A DNA stretch of 64,000 bases from the human T2T-CHM13v2.0 reference genome, Homo sapiens, in the NCBI RefSeq assembly GCF_009914755.1, contig NC_060928.1. One strand, written 5' to 3'. This document shows, piece after piece, positions 18,853 through 35,714 of the stretch. Each line of letters begins with the position of its first letter. Position 1 is the first letter of the stretch. A program made the position numbers and the translations under genes. The notes under the pieces are model-generated. The model searched no databases, had not been told where the DNA came from, and saw only the letters and a list, made by a program, of their open reading frames with translations.

Positions 18853-19851
18853 TTTCCATTCCTCTTATTCCTTTCTGTTCAAATTCATTCACACAAGAAG
18901 TTTTGCAAACTCATCCTTCAGTATGAAACAAGTTTTACTCTTTCTTGTACCTCAAATCTAATTTACTTTGCTCTGTTGCTGGTAACTGAGCAGAATAGAG
19001 AAATAAATTTCAAATTAATGAATTAGATCTAAAACCCTTCTATTCTGTATCTGTTTCCCTACCAGCTTCTTTTGGTAGGATTTTGACTAACAAATTTGGA
19101 ATCATCTGAGAAAATCTTGAACTCATCTGTCATTGTTTTTCCCCCAGTAGCAGCTAAAGATGGAATTAGTGGGCTTTTGCCAGAATAAACAGTCTGAATC
19201 TTCAGTGAGAGCTATGAAACCTAACTCCCAGTCATTTCTAAAGGATGTGTCCACACTGAGCTCCTTTAGTTGGCCTTTACAAAAATAGCTTCTGTCCATT
19301 CTCTAAAACTGATTCCTTTCATGATGCATTGTTTATCCCACTTAACTTAGAGAGGGTATAAAATTTGATTCATTTTGGGGCTTCTAATTTATGCAGAAAA
19401 CTAAGAATTACCACTAATGTTTTATAATTGCTCTGTTTTAATGCATTCATTTGACTGGAAGTCATATGAAATTTTTTATTCCTCATTGATGCTTAGAGAA
19501 AATAAATTGCAAGGCTTTCAGGATGGAAAAAGACACTAGAAAATTTAAAGTGCACATTCTAATACCCCTTATGAACAAGGATTATTCAACATTAAATATG
19601 TAGTTATTATTTCAAGAGAGATATGATTTGATATTTTATTTCTTCTGAATTGTGTCATTTCAGAGCAGGAATGGCCCTGGTAAGGCATCAAGTCAAATTC
19701 CTTCATTTTACAGATAGGAGCCTTTGACTCAGAAGCTACATGCTGGGCAGTGGCAAAGCTGGGACTAGAACCCAGTGCTCCTCTCCTCACAGAGCCATTC
19801 CCAAACAACTTCCACATAAAATATAATTTTAAAAGCATTTTAGAACCTCTG

Positions 19852-20157
19852 TGGCTGGGCGCGGTGCCTCACGCCTATAATCCTAGCACTTTGGGAAGCT
19901 GAAGTGGGAGATCATTTGAGGTCAGGAGTTGGAGACCAGCCTGGCCAACATGGTGAAACCCCATCTCTACTAAAAATGCAAAAATTAGCCAGAGGTGGCG
20001 GCGGGTGCCTGTAATCCCAGCTACTTGGGAGGTTGAGGCATGAGAATTGCTTGAATCTGGGAGGCAGAGGTTGCAATGAGCTGAGATTGTGCCACTCCAG
20101 CCTGGGTGACAGACTGAGACTCCATTTAAAAACAAAAAAACAAAAAAACAAAAAAAA
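19852..20157 (+). mobile_element. AluS
   Basis: Full Alu with patterned A tail. Confidence 0.93.
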
Positions 20158-20264
20158 CTTATATTAGAATGTTGCATTATAATAGGTGTGACACCAACTG
20201 GTTAAAACTGGATGTATTACCTATTTTCTCACCTAAGATAATAAAATTTCGACCCTTTCAGTTT

Positions 20265-20506
20265 TACACCCATATGCATATATACTCACAAACACACATA
20301 TATATACCTATACACACATTTACATATATAGCTACATATACACCTACATACGCACCTACATATTTACACACATATATACACCTTCACAACATATTTACCT
20401 ATTTATATACATGTAACAAATAGATATATAAATGCACCTACATATATGTTTATATGTACACACACACACCTGTGTATATATTCACCTATATGTATACACA
20501 CATATG

Positions 20507-20548
<42 letters not shown>
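20265..20548. repeat. Degenerate (TACA)-like tract ending in pure (CA)n at 20511-20548
   Basis: Read directly from the sequence. Confidence 0.9.
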
Positions 20549-20552
<4 letters not shown>

Positions 20553-21858
20553 GAATAATAAAAAAATAAAGGCTCTGGAGTCAGGCGGAGAATAGAACCC
20601 AACTGGTACTGGGTGTGTTTCCTTATTATGTAAACTTTTAAAATCTGAGTTTCACCATTTGTAAACTGGGAAAAAAAATAGGTAATATATGTTAAGTGGT
20701 TAACATGTTGTCTGCCATCTAATAAGCTTTCAGTAACTATGAGTAGCTACCATTGTGAACAACATATACAAAATGTTTAACAGTGATTCAACTTGAAAAA
20801 AGATAGATATGATTCATTGTCTTCACCTCCGTACTGATCGGAATCACCATGGGTAGGCTGGTAGGACCATGCCTGGGATGCCTGGTGGCCCTCTGGTTTG
20901 GGGACTGGGCTTAAGCCAAGGAAAGTGGCATAGTCTTGTTAATTTGGGGAAAAAAAAGGCACTTTCAAGCAGAGCGTCAGTCTCATTCCTAATCGATTGT
21001 GAAAGGAGAGACACATCTCAGGAGGCTGGAAGGTGGGGGATCCAGGCAGCCTGTTGTTGCAGGTTGAAAGTGAGCAGAAGCACCTGTATTGCATATGTTC
21101 AGGATAAATAAAGACACCTACACAGGCCGTGTGTTCTGGGTGAGCAGTGGCCCTCCAGACTGACTGGGAGACAGCTAATAGGTGAGAAGATTTGGCCATA
21201 GTCATCCAGTGTGTTATGGTCCAAATGCTGAGGCTGAGGCTAGGGAATGTGGAGGAAAAAGGAGTCAGACCAACTAGAATCTGGAAAGGTCAACTGGCTG
21301 ACAGCTGTCCATCTGGGGCGACATCCAGGGACCAAGGCCAGAAGCTCAGGATGAGTCAGAATGGGCATGGACCGCCAAGGTGCAGGGCGTCCCAGAGGCT
21401 GTACCCAGGCACGTGGACATCAGGCTCCCCAGACAACCCAGGCACAGGGTTAGGGTCAAGGCCAAGAACAAGGTAGCCAGAAATGTATCCACGATATGGC
21501 TTGAAAACGGGAGGGAGCGAAGAGAGTAAGTCACAGGCTGGGCGAGGGCAAGGACAGATTGGAAGGAGGGAGAAAGGTGGGCTGCTTCTGCGTCATCCGT
21601 CCTGGTTGTGTCCCAGGCCTGAGAGTTGATGCATATGGCTTCTGACAGAAGAAAAGATAGAAGAGTGGGCAGAAAAAGGAAAGAAGGGTTTGCTTTTGAT
21701 GGAGTGGAAACCTGAATTGGCCAGCAGAGAGAGTCTGCAGGGGTTTCTGTGAGGGAGAGACCAGTGTAGGAGGGGCTTTCTTTCTAGCCTCTGCTTTCCC
21801 TGGGGACCCTTCAGTGTCATTTTTCCACTTCTGTCATTGACCCACTTTTCTTCCCACC

Positions 21859-22265
21859 TGTATCAGTCAGAGTGGGCGTGGTTTTGCTGCAGTAACAAAT
21901 GACCCCCAAATCTCAGTGGCTTATAACAGCAAACATTTATTTTTGGCTTTAACTACATGTTCACTGTGAGTTGGCTACAGCTTGCTTCCTCGTAATCTTT
22001 ATTCTGTGACCCCAGCTGACTGAGTGGACTCTCTCTCTCTCTGGAACATTGCTGCTTGAAATGGCAGAGGGAAAAGAGACCGTGGAGAACCTTGAGCTGG
22101 CCTTGGAGCACCTGCACAGAAGGGAAGTGACACATGTCATTTCCACTCACATTTCATTGACCAAAACAAGTCTTATGGCCAAGCCTGACATTAACAGGGT
22201 GGCAAAAATCTAATTCTTCCCCAGAAATGAGCAATGAGTATTTGTAGCAATAATATAGTCCGCCA
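21859..22265 (-). mobile_element. MLT1 (MaLR) LTR
   Basis: tgtatcagtcag...gctgcagtaacaaatgacccccaaatctcagtggctta. Confidence 0.7.
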
Positions 22266-23182
22266 CATGATTGCACTTGCTCCAGGGTCATCTCGCTACT
22301 CCCACGACCTCAGTAACTGTCGCTTTGATCCTAGGTTCCTTCCTCCAGCTCAGATCTCTGCACCAAAACCCAAACCCACAAATCCAGCTGTCAATCAGGC
22401 AGTTCTCCTTCAAACTGAACATGCTCAACTGAAGTCATTTTCTCTTCAACATTTTGTTTCTTTTTGATTAATGGCTCACTGTCCACCTGGCTATTGACAC
22501 CTGGGAGTCGTCTTTGACTTTTTGCTCTCCTTCATCATCCCAGATCCAGCTATCCATCAGAAAGTCTTCTTGATTGTATTCAATAAATGTTTCTGCTTCT
22601 TTTCATCTCTCCTACCTCTGGTAACCCAAGATACAGTATTTCTCATCTGGACTACTTTGGCAGGCTCTTCAATAACTTCCATGCCTCCATCTTCTCCCTC
22701 TCCAATTCACTCCACCAGCGTCCAGAGCGATCTTTCTAATTTGCAGATCTGACAGTACACCTTTCTGCTGTCTCCCCTGTTTAAGCTCTTGCATGGATTC
22801 CGATTGGTCTGAGAATCAAGCTGTGGAAAGCTAATAAGAGTCTCCGTTTCCCCTCCAGTCTTACCTTCGCCATTATCCTACCCCTCCCAATGGCTTACAT
22901 CTCCTGGCCCCACCATCCTGAACCCCTGCCATCTGCCCTAATGTGCCATGTTCTGTCTTACTTCTAGAATATGACAGCGCTATTCCTTCTGACCAGAGTC
23001 TTCTATATTCTCTTCAGCTGGCTAACTCTAACTCACCCCTCAGATCTCAGCTTACACATCACTTCCCCCAGGAGGCCTTCTCTGGCCCTTCCTAAACTAG
23101 GTAAGGTATTCCTGTCACATGCTCCCATGCACATACCATGCTGTCCTTCCTTTACTCTGGCACAGATCACCGCTTAGACGTG

Positions 23183-23481
23183 CAGTGGTCCTCCCTTACT
23201 TTACAAGACCCCAGTGGAGGCCTAAAACTGACGATAGTACTGAATCGCATACCATATATAATATGTTTTTTGCTGTACACATACCTGTGATAAAGTCTAA
23301 TTTATAAATTTGGCACAGTAAGAGATTAAGAACAACAATAATAAAATGGAACAATTATAACAATAGATTGTAATAAAAGTTATGTGAATGCAGTCTCCCT
23401 CTCTGTCGAAATATCCTATTGTACAGTACTGCAGGTCACTAAAACACAAAAAGTGAAACCATGGATAAGGGGGGGTTACCG
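23183..23481. mobile_element. MER44-type TcMar-Tigger MITE
   Basis: Terminal inverted repeats cagtggtcctccctta... / ...ggataagggggggttaccg and MER44-like body. Confidence 0.75.
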
Positions 23482-24609
23482 CAACATAAATGTCTGCTGT
23501 CTCTCTCTGTTGCTGCACTGGAATCTGTTTGAGGGCAGTGACTACTTCAACACTGTATCTCCACCTCCTAGCAGAGTGCCTGGAATAGTCTAGGGGCTAT
23601 TGGATGGAATGATGATGAATGACCATTCATGGAGTTGAAAATTTGAGTTGACATGACCTCAAAAGCAAGGCCAGAAAGACCCAGAAAGGTCCTTGCTTCC
23701 TTCATGTCAGGGGAGCTGAGAAAGAGTAGCTTGGATTAGGGCTGGAGGATAATATAAGTTGCAAAGTACAACAGACTTCTGGAGAAAGATAAAGGAAGGG
23801 CAGGGTCTGGGAAGAAGTGAGATATACTAGAATAGAACCTCCTTGCGAGATGGGATTTTTATCTGTTTTGTTCACTGCAGAATTCTTGGGCCTAAAACAG
23901 TTCTCAACACATAGTAAGCAGCTAATACTTTATTGAATGAACTAATGAGCAAGTGAATGAATGAATGAACAAATTGTAGGTCAGGGTTCTTTGACTTCAA
24001 GGACCAACCCTGGCAGAAAGAGAATTTATTGGACATACATAGGGCAGTTCACAGACTCTGAAAGCCAGAAAATCAAGCCTGGCAAATGAACAGCAACCAA
24101 GGGAAGTCAGGCAGATAGAACCACAGCCAAGGTTGCATCACAGGAATACCCTGCTAAGGGCAACACGCTGGCACTGCTGCTGCCAGACACTGCTGTCCCT
24201 GGCACTGTCACCACTGCCCTCCTTGTGAGAGTCAGCTCTCACTGACCCTGTGACTTGACATTATTCCTTCGAGACTGAGAGTCCCAGACAGGAATCCCTG
24301 ATTGTCTGAACCAAGGTGGGTTGCTTGCTCATTACTTGCCAGAAAACGGGAGAGAGTGAATATTTATCCCATCAGCAGAGGGGGCCACGCTGCCATCTTC
24401 TCCCTAAGAAGACGGTCGTTCAATGCTGGGTAGCCTAAAAAGCACTCTTAAGTGTCTAAGCATAATAAATGCTTACGATAAAAATTCAATCAATTCAGAA
24501 GGGTGCAAAATACAAAATGTAAATCCACTCTCTACTTCCCAATCTCTATTTCACCCCAAGAAATAACCACTGGTATTAGTTGGTAATGTGTTCTTACACA
24601 CTTCTTCAA

Positions 24610-24823
24610 GAAACTTCATGAAGTTTATATGTAAATTACAAGCTCCCTATAATAGCTAGGAAGTCCAGCCCTGTGCAGTTTATGAAACAATAAGAATTGT
24701 TTCATCAAGAAACAATAATTACATAAAAACAATAACAATTCTTATTGTTTCATAAACTGCTGGACTTCCTAGCCACTATAGGGTATTTGAAAGTTACATA
24801 TAAAACTTGTAATTTGAAGTTTT
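24610..24823. repeat. Long inverted repeat (palindrome)
   Basis: Perfect 27-bp arms 24675-24701 / 24734-24760, with further paired arms outward. Confidence 0.9.
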
Positions 24824-25177
24824 TTGCCTGGGAATAAAGTGGCTGCTTGGAGTCTGAAGCCTCGGCCATGTGTGGTGTTGCTGGTGGTTCCTAACGCTCA
24901 GGAGGGGACTACCTGCCCAGTAAACTGTAGGCAGACTGGCTCTTGGTGCTGTTTGCTTTGTGTGTTGCATTAAATATTACTGGGTATTTCTTGCTTGAGA
25001 TTGATCAGGGATGTAATGACATCTAACATTGTGATGGGTAAGCAAAATGTGGGTTCTATTGGAGGGAAGGTATTCACTCCGCCTTTGCCCTAATTGTTTT
25101 AAATTGCTGAGGGGACAGTCTCCTGTTTAGGATGTCTCTTGTAGAGAGTTCTGCTCTTCTTAAAGAACAAAAACTTA

Positions 25178-25301
25178 CTGGGTGCAGTGGTACACACCTA
25201 TAGTCCCAGTTACTTGAGAGGTTTAGATGGGAGGGTCGCTTGAGATCAGGAGTTCAAATGCAGCTGGGGCAGCATAGTGAGACCCCATGTCTAAAAAAAA
25301 A
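25178..25301 (+). mobile_element. FLAM
   Basis: Single left-type monomer with A tail. Confidence 0.75.
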
Positions 25302-25819
25302 TTATATGTACGTACCTATAAGAGGAAACAAAAGTTATCTGAAATAATATTTTTCTGGGATTTTAAAGAAATAAGGTTCTAGAACTAACCCATCCTCAAC
25401 TGATTGCCAGGAAACCTAGTTCTGGGTGTAATATTCTTCATTGTGTTGGTAAATGTGTGACTTTTAGTGCCCAGGAAGCAGTGCCTAGGTGCGCCACAGT
25501 GGTTGGACAGTGCAAACATAAGACACTTTGATAGGAGACAGTTTTGCACAAAGAACAGAGAATGGTTGTTCAAATAAGCGATTTGAATTTTTTTCATTTT
25601 ATTTTATTTTATGTTTTTATTATTATACCTTAAGTTCTAGGGTACATGTGCACAAAGTGCAGGTTTGTTACATATGTATACATGTGCCATGTTGGTGTGC
25701 TGCACCCATTAACTCGTCATTTACATTAGGTATATCTCCTAATGCTATGCCTCCCTCCTCCCCCAACCCCATGACAGGTGTGTGATGTTCCCCTTCCTGT
25801 GTCCAAGTGTTCTCATTGT

Positions 25820-29953
<4,134 letters not shown>

Positions 29954-30016
29954 TATGATGTTAGCTGGTTATTTTGCTTGTTAGTTGATGCAGTTTCTTC
30001 CTAGCATTGACGGTCT

Positions 30017-31032
30017 TTACATTTTGGCATGTTTTTGCAGTGGCTGGTACCAGTTGTTCCTTTCCATGTTTAGTGCTTCCCTCAGGAGCTCTTGCAGGAC
30101 AGGCCTGGTGGTGACAAAATCTGTCAGCATTTGCTTGTCTGTAAAGGATTTTATTTCTCCTTCACTTATGAAGCTTAGTTTGGCTGGATATGAAATTCTG
30201 GGTTGAAAATTATTTTCTTTAAGAATGTTGAATATTGGCCCCCACTCTCTTCTGGCTTGTGGAGTTTCTGCCGAGAGATCTGCTGTTAGTCTGATGGGCT
30301 TCCCTTTGTGGGTAACCCGACCTTTCTCTCTGGCTGCCCTTAACATTTTTTCCTTCATTTCAACTTTGGTGAATCTGACAATTATGTGTCTTGGAGTTAC
30401 TCTTCTCAAGGAGTATCTTTGTGGCATTCTCTGTATTTCCTGAATTTGAATGTTGGCCTGCCTTGCTAGGTTGGGGAAGTTCTCCTGGATAATATCCTGC
30501 AGAGTATTTTCCAACTTGGTTCCATTCTCCCCATCACTTTCCAGTACACCAATCAGACGTAGATTTCATCTTTTCACATAGTCCCGTATTTCTTGGAGGC
30601 TTTATTCATTTCTTTTTACTCTTTTTTCTCCAAACTTCTCTTCTTGCTTCATTTCATTCATTTGATCTTCAATCACTGATATCCTTTCTTCCAGTTAATC
30701 GAATCAGCTACGAAGCTTGTGCATTTGTCACATAGTTCTCATGCCATAGTTTTCAGCTCCATCAGGTCCTTTAAGGACTTCTCTACACTGGTTATTCTAG
30801 TTAGCCATTCATCTAATCTTTTTTCAAGGTTTTTAGCTTCTTTGCGATGGGTTCAAACTTCCCCCTTTAGCTGGGAGAAGTTTGATTGTCTGAAGCCTTC
30901 TTCCCTCAACTCATCAAAGTCATTCTTCATCCACCTTTGTTCCATTGCTGGTGAGGAGCTGCATTCCTTTGGAGGGGGAGAGGCACTCTGATTTTTGGAA
31001 TTTTCAGCTTTTCTGCTCTGTTTTTTCCCCAT
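30017..31032 (-). pseudogene. L1 ORF1, premature stop
   Basis: Starts MGKKQSRK at 31032 with an in-frame TGA about 60 codons in; C-terminal fragment 30017-30514 ends QPLQKHAKM. Confidence 0.92.
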
Positions 31033-31607
31033 CTTTGTGGTTTTATCTACCTTTGGTCTTTAATGATGGTGACATATAGATGGGGTTTTGGTGTGGATGT
31101 CCTTTCTGTTCATTAGTTTTCCTTCTAACAGTCAGGACCCTCAGCTGCAGGTCTGTTGGAGTTTGCTGGAGGTCCACTCCAGACCTTGTTTGCCTGGGTA
31201 TCAGCAGCAGAGGCTGCAGAACAGCGAATATTGCTAAACAGAAAATGTTGCTGCCTGATCGTTCCTCTGGAAGCTTCGTCTCAGAGGGGTACCCAGCCAT
31301 GTGAGGTGTCAGTCTGCCCCTACTGGGGGGTGCCTCCCAGTTAGGCTACTTGGGGGTCAGGGACCCACTTGAGGAGGCAGTCTGTCCGTTCTCAGATCTC
31401 CAGCTGCCTGCTGGGAGAACCACTACTCTCTTCAAAGCTGTCAGACAGGGACATTTAAATCTGCAGAGGTTTCTGCTGCCTTTTGTTCAGCTATGCCCTG
31501 CCTCCAGAGGTGGAGTCTACAGAGGCAGGCAGGCATCCTTGAGCTGTGGTGGGCTCCACCCAGTTCGAGCTTCCCGGCCGCTTTGTTTACCTACTCAAGC
31601 CTCAGCA

Positions 31608-32150
31608 ATGGCAGGCTTTCCTTTCCCAGCCTCACTGCCGCCTTGCAGTTCAATCTCAGACTGCTGTGCTAACAATGAGCGAGGGTCCATGGGTGTGGAA
31701 CCCTTTGAGCCAGGTGCGGGACATAATCTCCTGGTGTGCCGTTTGCTAAGACCCTTGGAAAAGCGCAGTATTAGGGTGGGAGTGACCCGATTTTCCAGGG
31801 GCTGTCTGTTACGGCTTACCTTGGCTAGGAAAGGGAATTCCCTGATCCCTTGTGCTTCCCAGGTGAGGCGATGCCTCGCCCTGCTTCGGCTCACACTCGG
31901 TGGGCTGCACCCACTGTCCTGCACCCACTGTCTGACATGCCCCAGTGAGATGAACCCGGTACCTCATTTGGAAATGCAGAAATCACCCGTCTTCTGTGTC
32001 GTTCACGCCGGGAGCTGTAGACTGGAGCTGTTCCTATTTGGCCATCTTGGGTCAACAAGTCGTGATTTGAATTTTAAGAAAGCAGAACTAGTGGTTATAA
32101 ATCTTAGTAGAGTCCAGCTCTGGACTGGACTTTTTGTAAGAAATATATGA
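31608..32150 (+). CDS. L1 antisense ORF0 homologue with extended C-terminus (180 aa, putative)
   Basis: gcaATGg Kozak context; MAGFPFPASLPPCSSISDCC...RVGVTRFSR resembles ORF0; frame stays open past the L1 5' end. No evidence of expression. Confidence 0.45.
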   Translation: MAGFPFPASLPPCSSISDCCANNERGSMGVEPFEPGAGHNLLVCRLLRPLEKRSIRVGVTRFSRGCLLRLTLARKGNSLIPCASQVRRCLALLRLTLGGLHPLSCTHCLTCPSEMNPVPHLEMQKSPVFCVVHAGSCRLELFLFGHLGSTSRDLNFKKAELVVINLSRVQLWTGLFVRNI

Positions 32151-32308
32151 CAAACCATAAGGCACAGCTATAAACAGAATAATGTACTTATAGAAAGTTG
32201 GATAAATGCAGTTCAGGTTGTTACAGGGCTGACCCAAATCATCGCTCTTGGTCCAAGTATAAGGTCTCAAGCTGGTATCCAATGTGACCTCTCAAGAGCC
32301 TACAGGTA

Positions 32309-32816
<508 letters not shown>

Positions 32817-33289
32817 TCAATGCTGTATTAGTATCTAAACTGGTAGCAGTTCTGTTTTACATTCATGAAATGGGATAAATTTTAAATCTTTTTGATAGAA
32901 TCTAATGAACAAATATGGGTTAATTTTAAAAATGTGAGTTGAGATAATCTAGTTTAAAGTCGCAGCCAAAATAGAAGTCAGCTGTGATTCATCTGAAACT
33001 ATGTGGACATTCTGAGTGCTGATAACAGAGGAGGGCCTTCCTTTGAAAGTATTATTTTACAAGGTGATTATAGCAAAGCTACAATGAGTATGACAGAAAG
33101 CCATAATATATTTTGATACAAAGAAACATTGGCTCTTTAAAAGAAGGTACCAGGAACAGAAGTAACAGTTAAAAATTGGCAAAAGCAATGATCTTTGATA
33201 TTAAATTTAATTTTCTCTTGCCTTACTGTCTTGACTGTCATACAAATGAAACTCAGCAGACTAGAAATGCTGGAAAAACCATTTTTCTA

Positions 33290-33560
33290 TAACAAAATTA
33301 CAGTTACCTAGGAGGAATGAGTTCTGGTCTTTGCAGCACTGTGGGGTGAATATGGTTAACTGTAATTTATTGTATATTTTCAGAAAGCTAGAAGAGAGGA
33401 CTTTGCATGCTCCCAACACAAAGAAATGATAAATGTTTGAGGTGATGGATTTGCTAAGTACCTGATTTGGTCGTTATACATCATATGCATGCATGGAAAT
33501 ATCACTCCGTCTCCCATAAATATGTACACTTATTACATATGTAGAATTATAACACTAAAA
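33290..33560 (+). mobile_element. L1MA 3' end fragment
   Basis: aaagctagaagagaggactttg...acacaaagaaatgataaatgtttgaggtgatgga. Confidence 0.8.
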
Positions 33561-34217
33561 GGGAAGAAACAGTATCGTGTGAATCTATTAAAATAATGCC
33601 CTTGTTTTGTCTGAGCAGGAAGTCAATAATTTTTTCATGTTCCAAAGAGAAGCTAGATCATGACCTGGGCCTTGAAGGGTCAACAGTGGCCCAGGGAAAA
33701 GGACTGTGGGCATGACCTGCAGGAAGAGGAAGCCGGGCTGTGAAACCACAGGGAGGAGAAGTGGAGTTGTGGTGGCAGCAGGGACTGGGGCTGTCTGGAG
33801 AAGGCATGAGAAAGTGGGAGTTGCGGCAGTGTCGATTGTAGTTGTCCTTCTGCCTACATGCCATGAGACATATCTTCTCCTGGGCTATGCCAAATTTCAG
33901 GACTGCCTCAGGACTCCTTTCCTTGGTATTTACCCAAGAGAAAGGAAAATGCATGTCCACATCGTCTTGTACACTAAGGTTCCTAGCCGCTTTTTATGTA
34001 ATAGCCAAAAATGGAAAACAATCTAGAAGCTGAAAACAGCCTACATGTCTGGCAACAGGTGGTAAATGGCATGCGACTCAACAATAAAAAGGGATGGACG
34101 GATGATGAACATAGCACTGGGGAAGATCTCAAAGTCATTATGCTGAGCAAAACAACGCAGACATCTCCCTTACCCGCACTCCCCAAGTAAAGAGTACATG
34201 CTACATAATTCTGTTTA

Positions 34218-34743
34218 TTCATTTATTTATGTGTTTATTTATTTTTGAGACAGAGTCTTGCTCTGTCGCCCAGGCTGGAGTATAGTAGTGCCATTGCTGC
34301 TCACTGCAACCTCCACTTCCTGGGTTCAAGCGATTCTCCTGCCTCAGCCTCCTGAATAGCTGGGACTACAGGCGTGCGCCACCATGCCAGGCTAATTTTT
34401 GTATTTTTAGTAGAAATGGACTTTCACTATGTTGGCCAGGCTGATCTCAAACTCCTGACCTCAAGTGATCCACCTGCTTCGGTCTCCCAAAGTGCTGAGA
34501 TTACAGGCATGAGCCACCATGCCCGGCCTATTTATGTTTTATTTTTTAGAGACAGGGTCTCTCACTCTGTCATCCAGGCTGGAGTATAGTCGTGCGATCA
34601 TAGCTCACTGCAGCCTCGACCTCCTGGGCTCAAGCAATCCTCCTGTCCCAACCTCCCCAGGTTACACCAGGTGAGCACCACTGCACTTCATTAATTAAAA
34701 AAATTTTGTTTGTGGAGGCAGGGTCTCACTATGTTGCCCAGGC
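34218..34743 (-). mobile_element. AluS (34218-34529) plus partial AluJ (34531-34743), inside an old L1ME-like fragment
   Basis: Two tandem reverse Alus. Confidence 0.88.
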
Positions 34744-35416
34744 ATAATACATACTTCTGTTTCTATAAAACTATAGAAGACGCAAACTAATGTTTAGTCA
34801 AGCAAACAGATCAGTGGTTGTTTGGAGACAAAGTAGAGGGAAGGATGGATTACAAAGTGGCACAAGAATTTTGGGGGTGACGGGAAGTGTTTGGTAAATT
34901 GTGTTTTAGTTTCACAGACATGTTCATATGTCAAAACACAAGTGGACAGTTCATTGTAAAAAAAAAAAAGTTAAAACAAAGGTAGTACCCCCAAATAAAA
35001 GAACAGGGCCTGCTAGATGGTAAGTTCTCAATAAATGTCAGTTAACGATAATAATAATAGGTAGGTACTACGATTATTCCTAGTTAACAAAGTGGAAACT
35101 GAAGCCAAGAGGTTAAGTAACTTGCCCAAGGTCACCTAGTCAGCTGGTGGTGTGTCCAGGATGCAGTCAAACTGCAAGACCTGAACCCCATGGTAGGAAA
35201 AAGAGTGTGAAGACAGGGCTAGAAGAACGGGCAGGTCCAGAAAGAAGATTATAAGAGGCACCATGTCAGAGGAGCAGCAAGGCGGACTGGAGGGCAGTGG
35301 GTGTGCGAAGAAGAGCTTCCACTGAGAACATTCTATGGGCATTTTGTATCAAGTACAGGAACTTGCCTTTTCTCACTCAGTCATTAATTCACATACCATA
35401 AAATTCACCCATTTGA

Positions 35417-35714
35417 GGCTGGGCGTGGTGGCTCACGCCTGTTAATTCCAGCCCTATGGGAGGCCAAGGTGGGTGGATCACTGGAGGCAAGAGGTTGAGA
35501 CCAGCCTGGCCAACATGGTGAAACCTTGTCTCTACTGAAAATACGAAAATTTGCTGAGCGTGGTGGCGCATGCCTGTAATCCCAGCTACTCCACAGGCTG
35601 AGGCAGGAGAATTTCTTGAACCTGGGAGGTGGGGGTTGCAGTGAGCCGAGATCTCACCCACTGCACTCCAGCCTGGGCAACAGAGCAAGACTCTGTCTCA
35701 AAAAAAAAAAAAAA
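35417..35714 (+). mobile_element. AluS inserted in an L1MB-like fragment (about 35390-36150, -)
   Basis: Full Alu; near-TSD aaaatt(c)acccatttga. Confidence 0.92.

Noticed and set aside
20265-20548. Thr/His/Tyr-rich ORF 20169-20423
   Set aside because: Translation of a degenerate (TACA)/(CA) microsatellite
24372-24390. CTCF-like tcagcagagggggcc
   Set aside because: Mismatches at key core positions and lies in an MLT-like repeat
31350-31607. N-terminal part of the 266-aa ORF 31350-32150
   Set aside because: Starts at TTG; only the ATG at 31608 corresponds to ORF0
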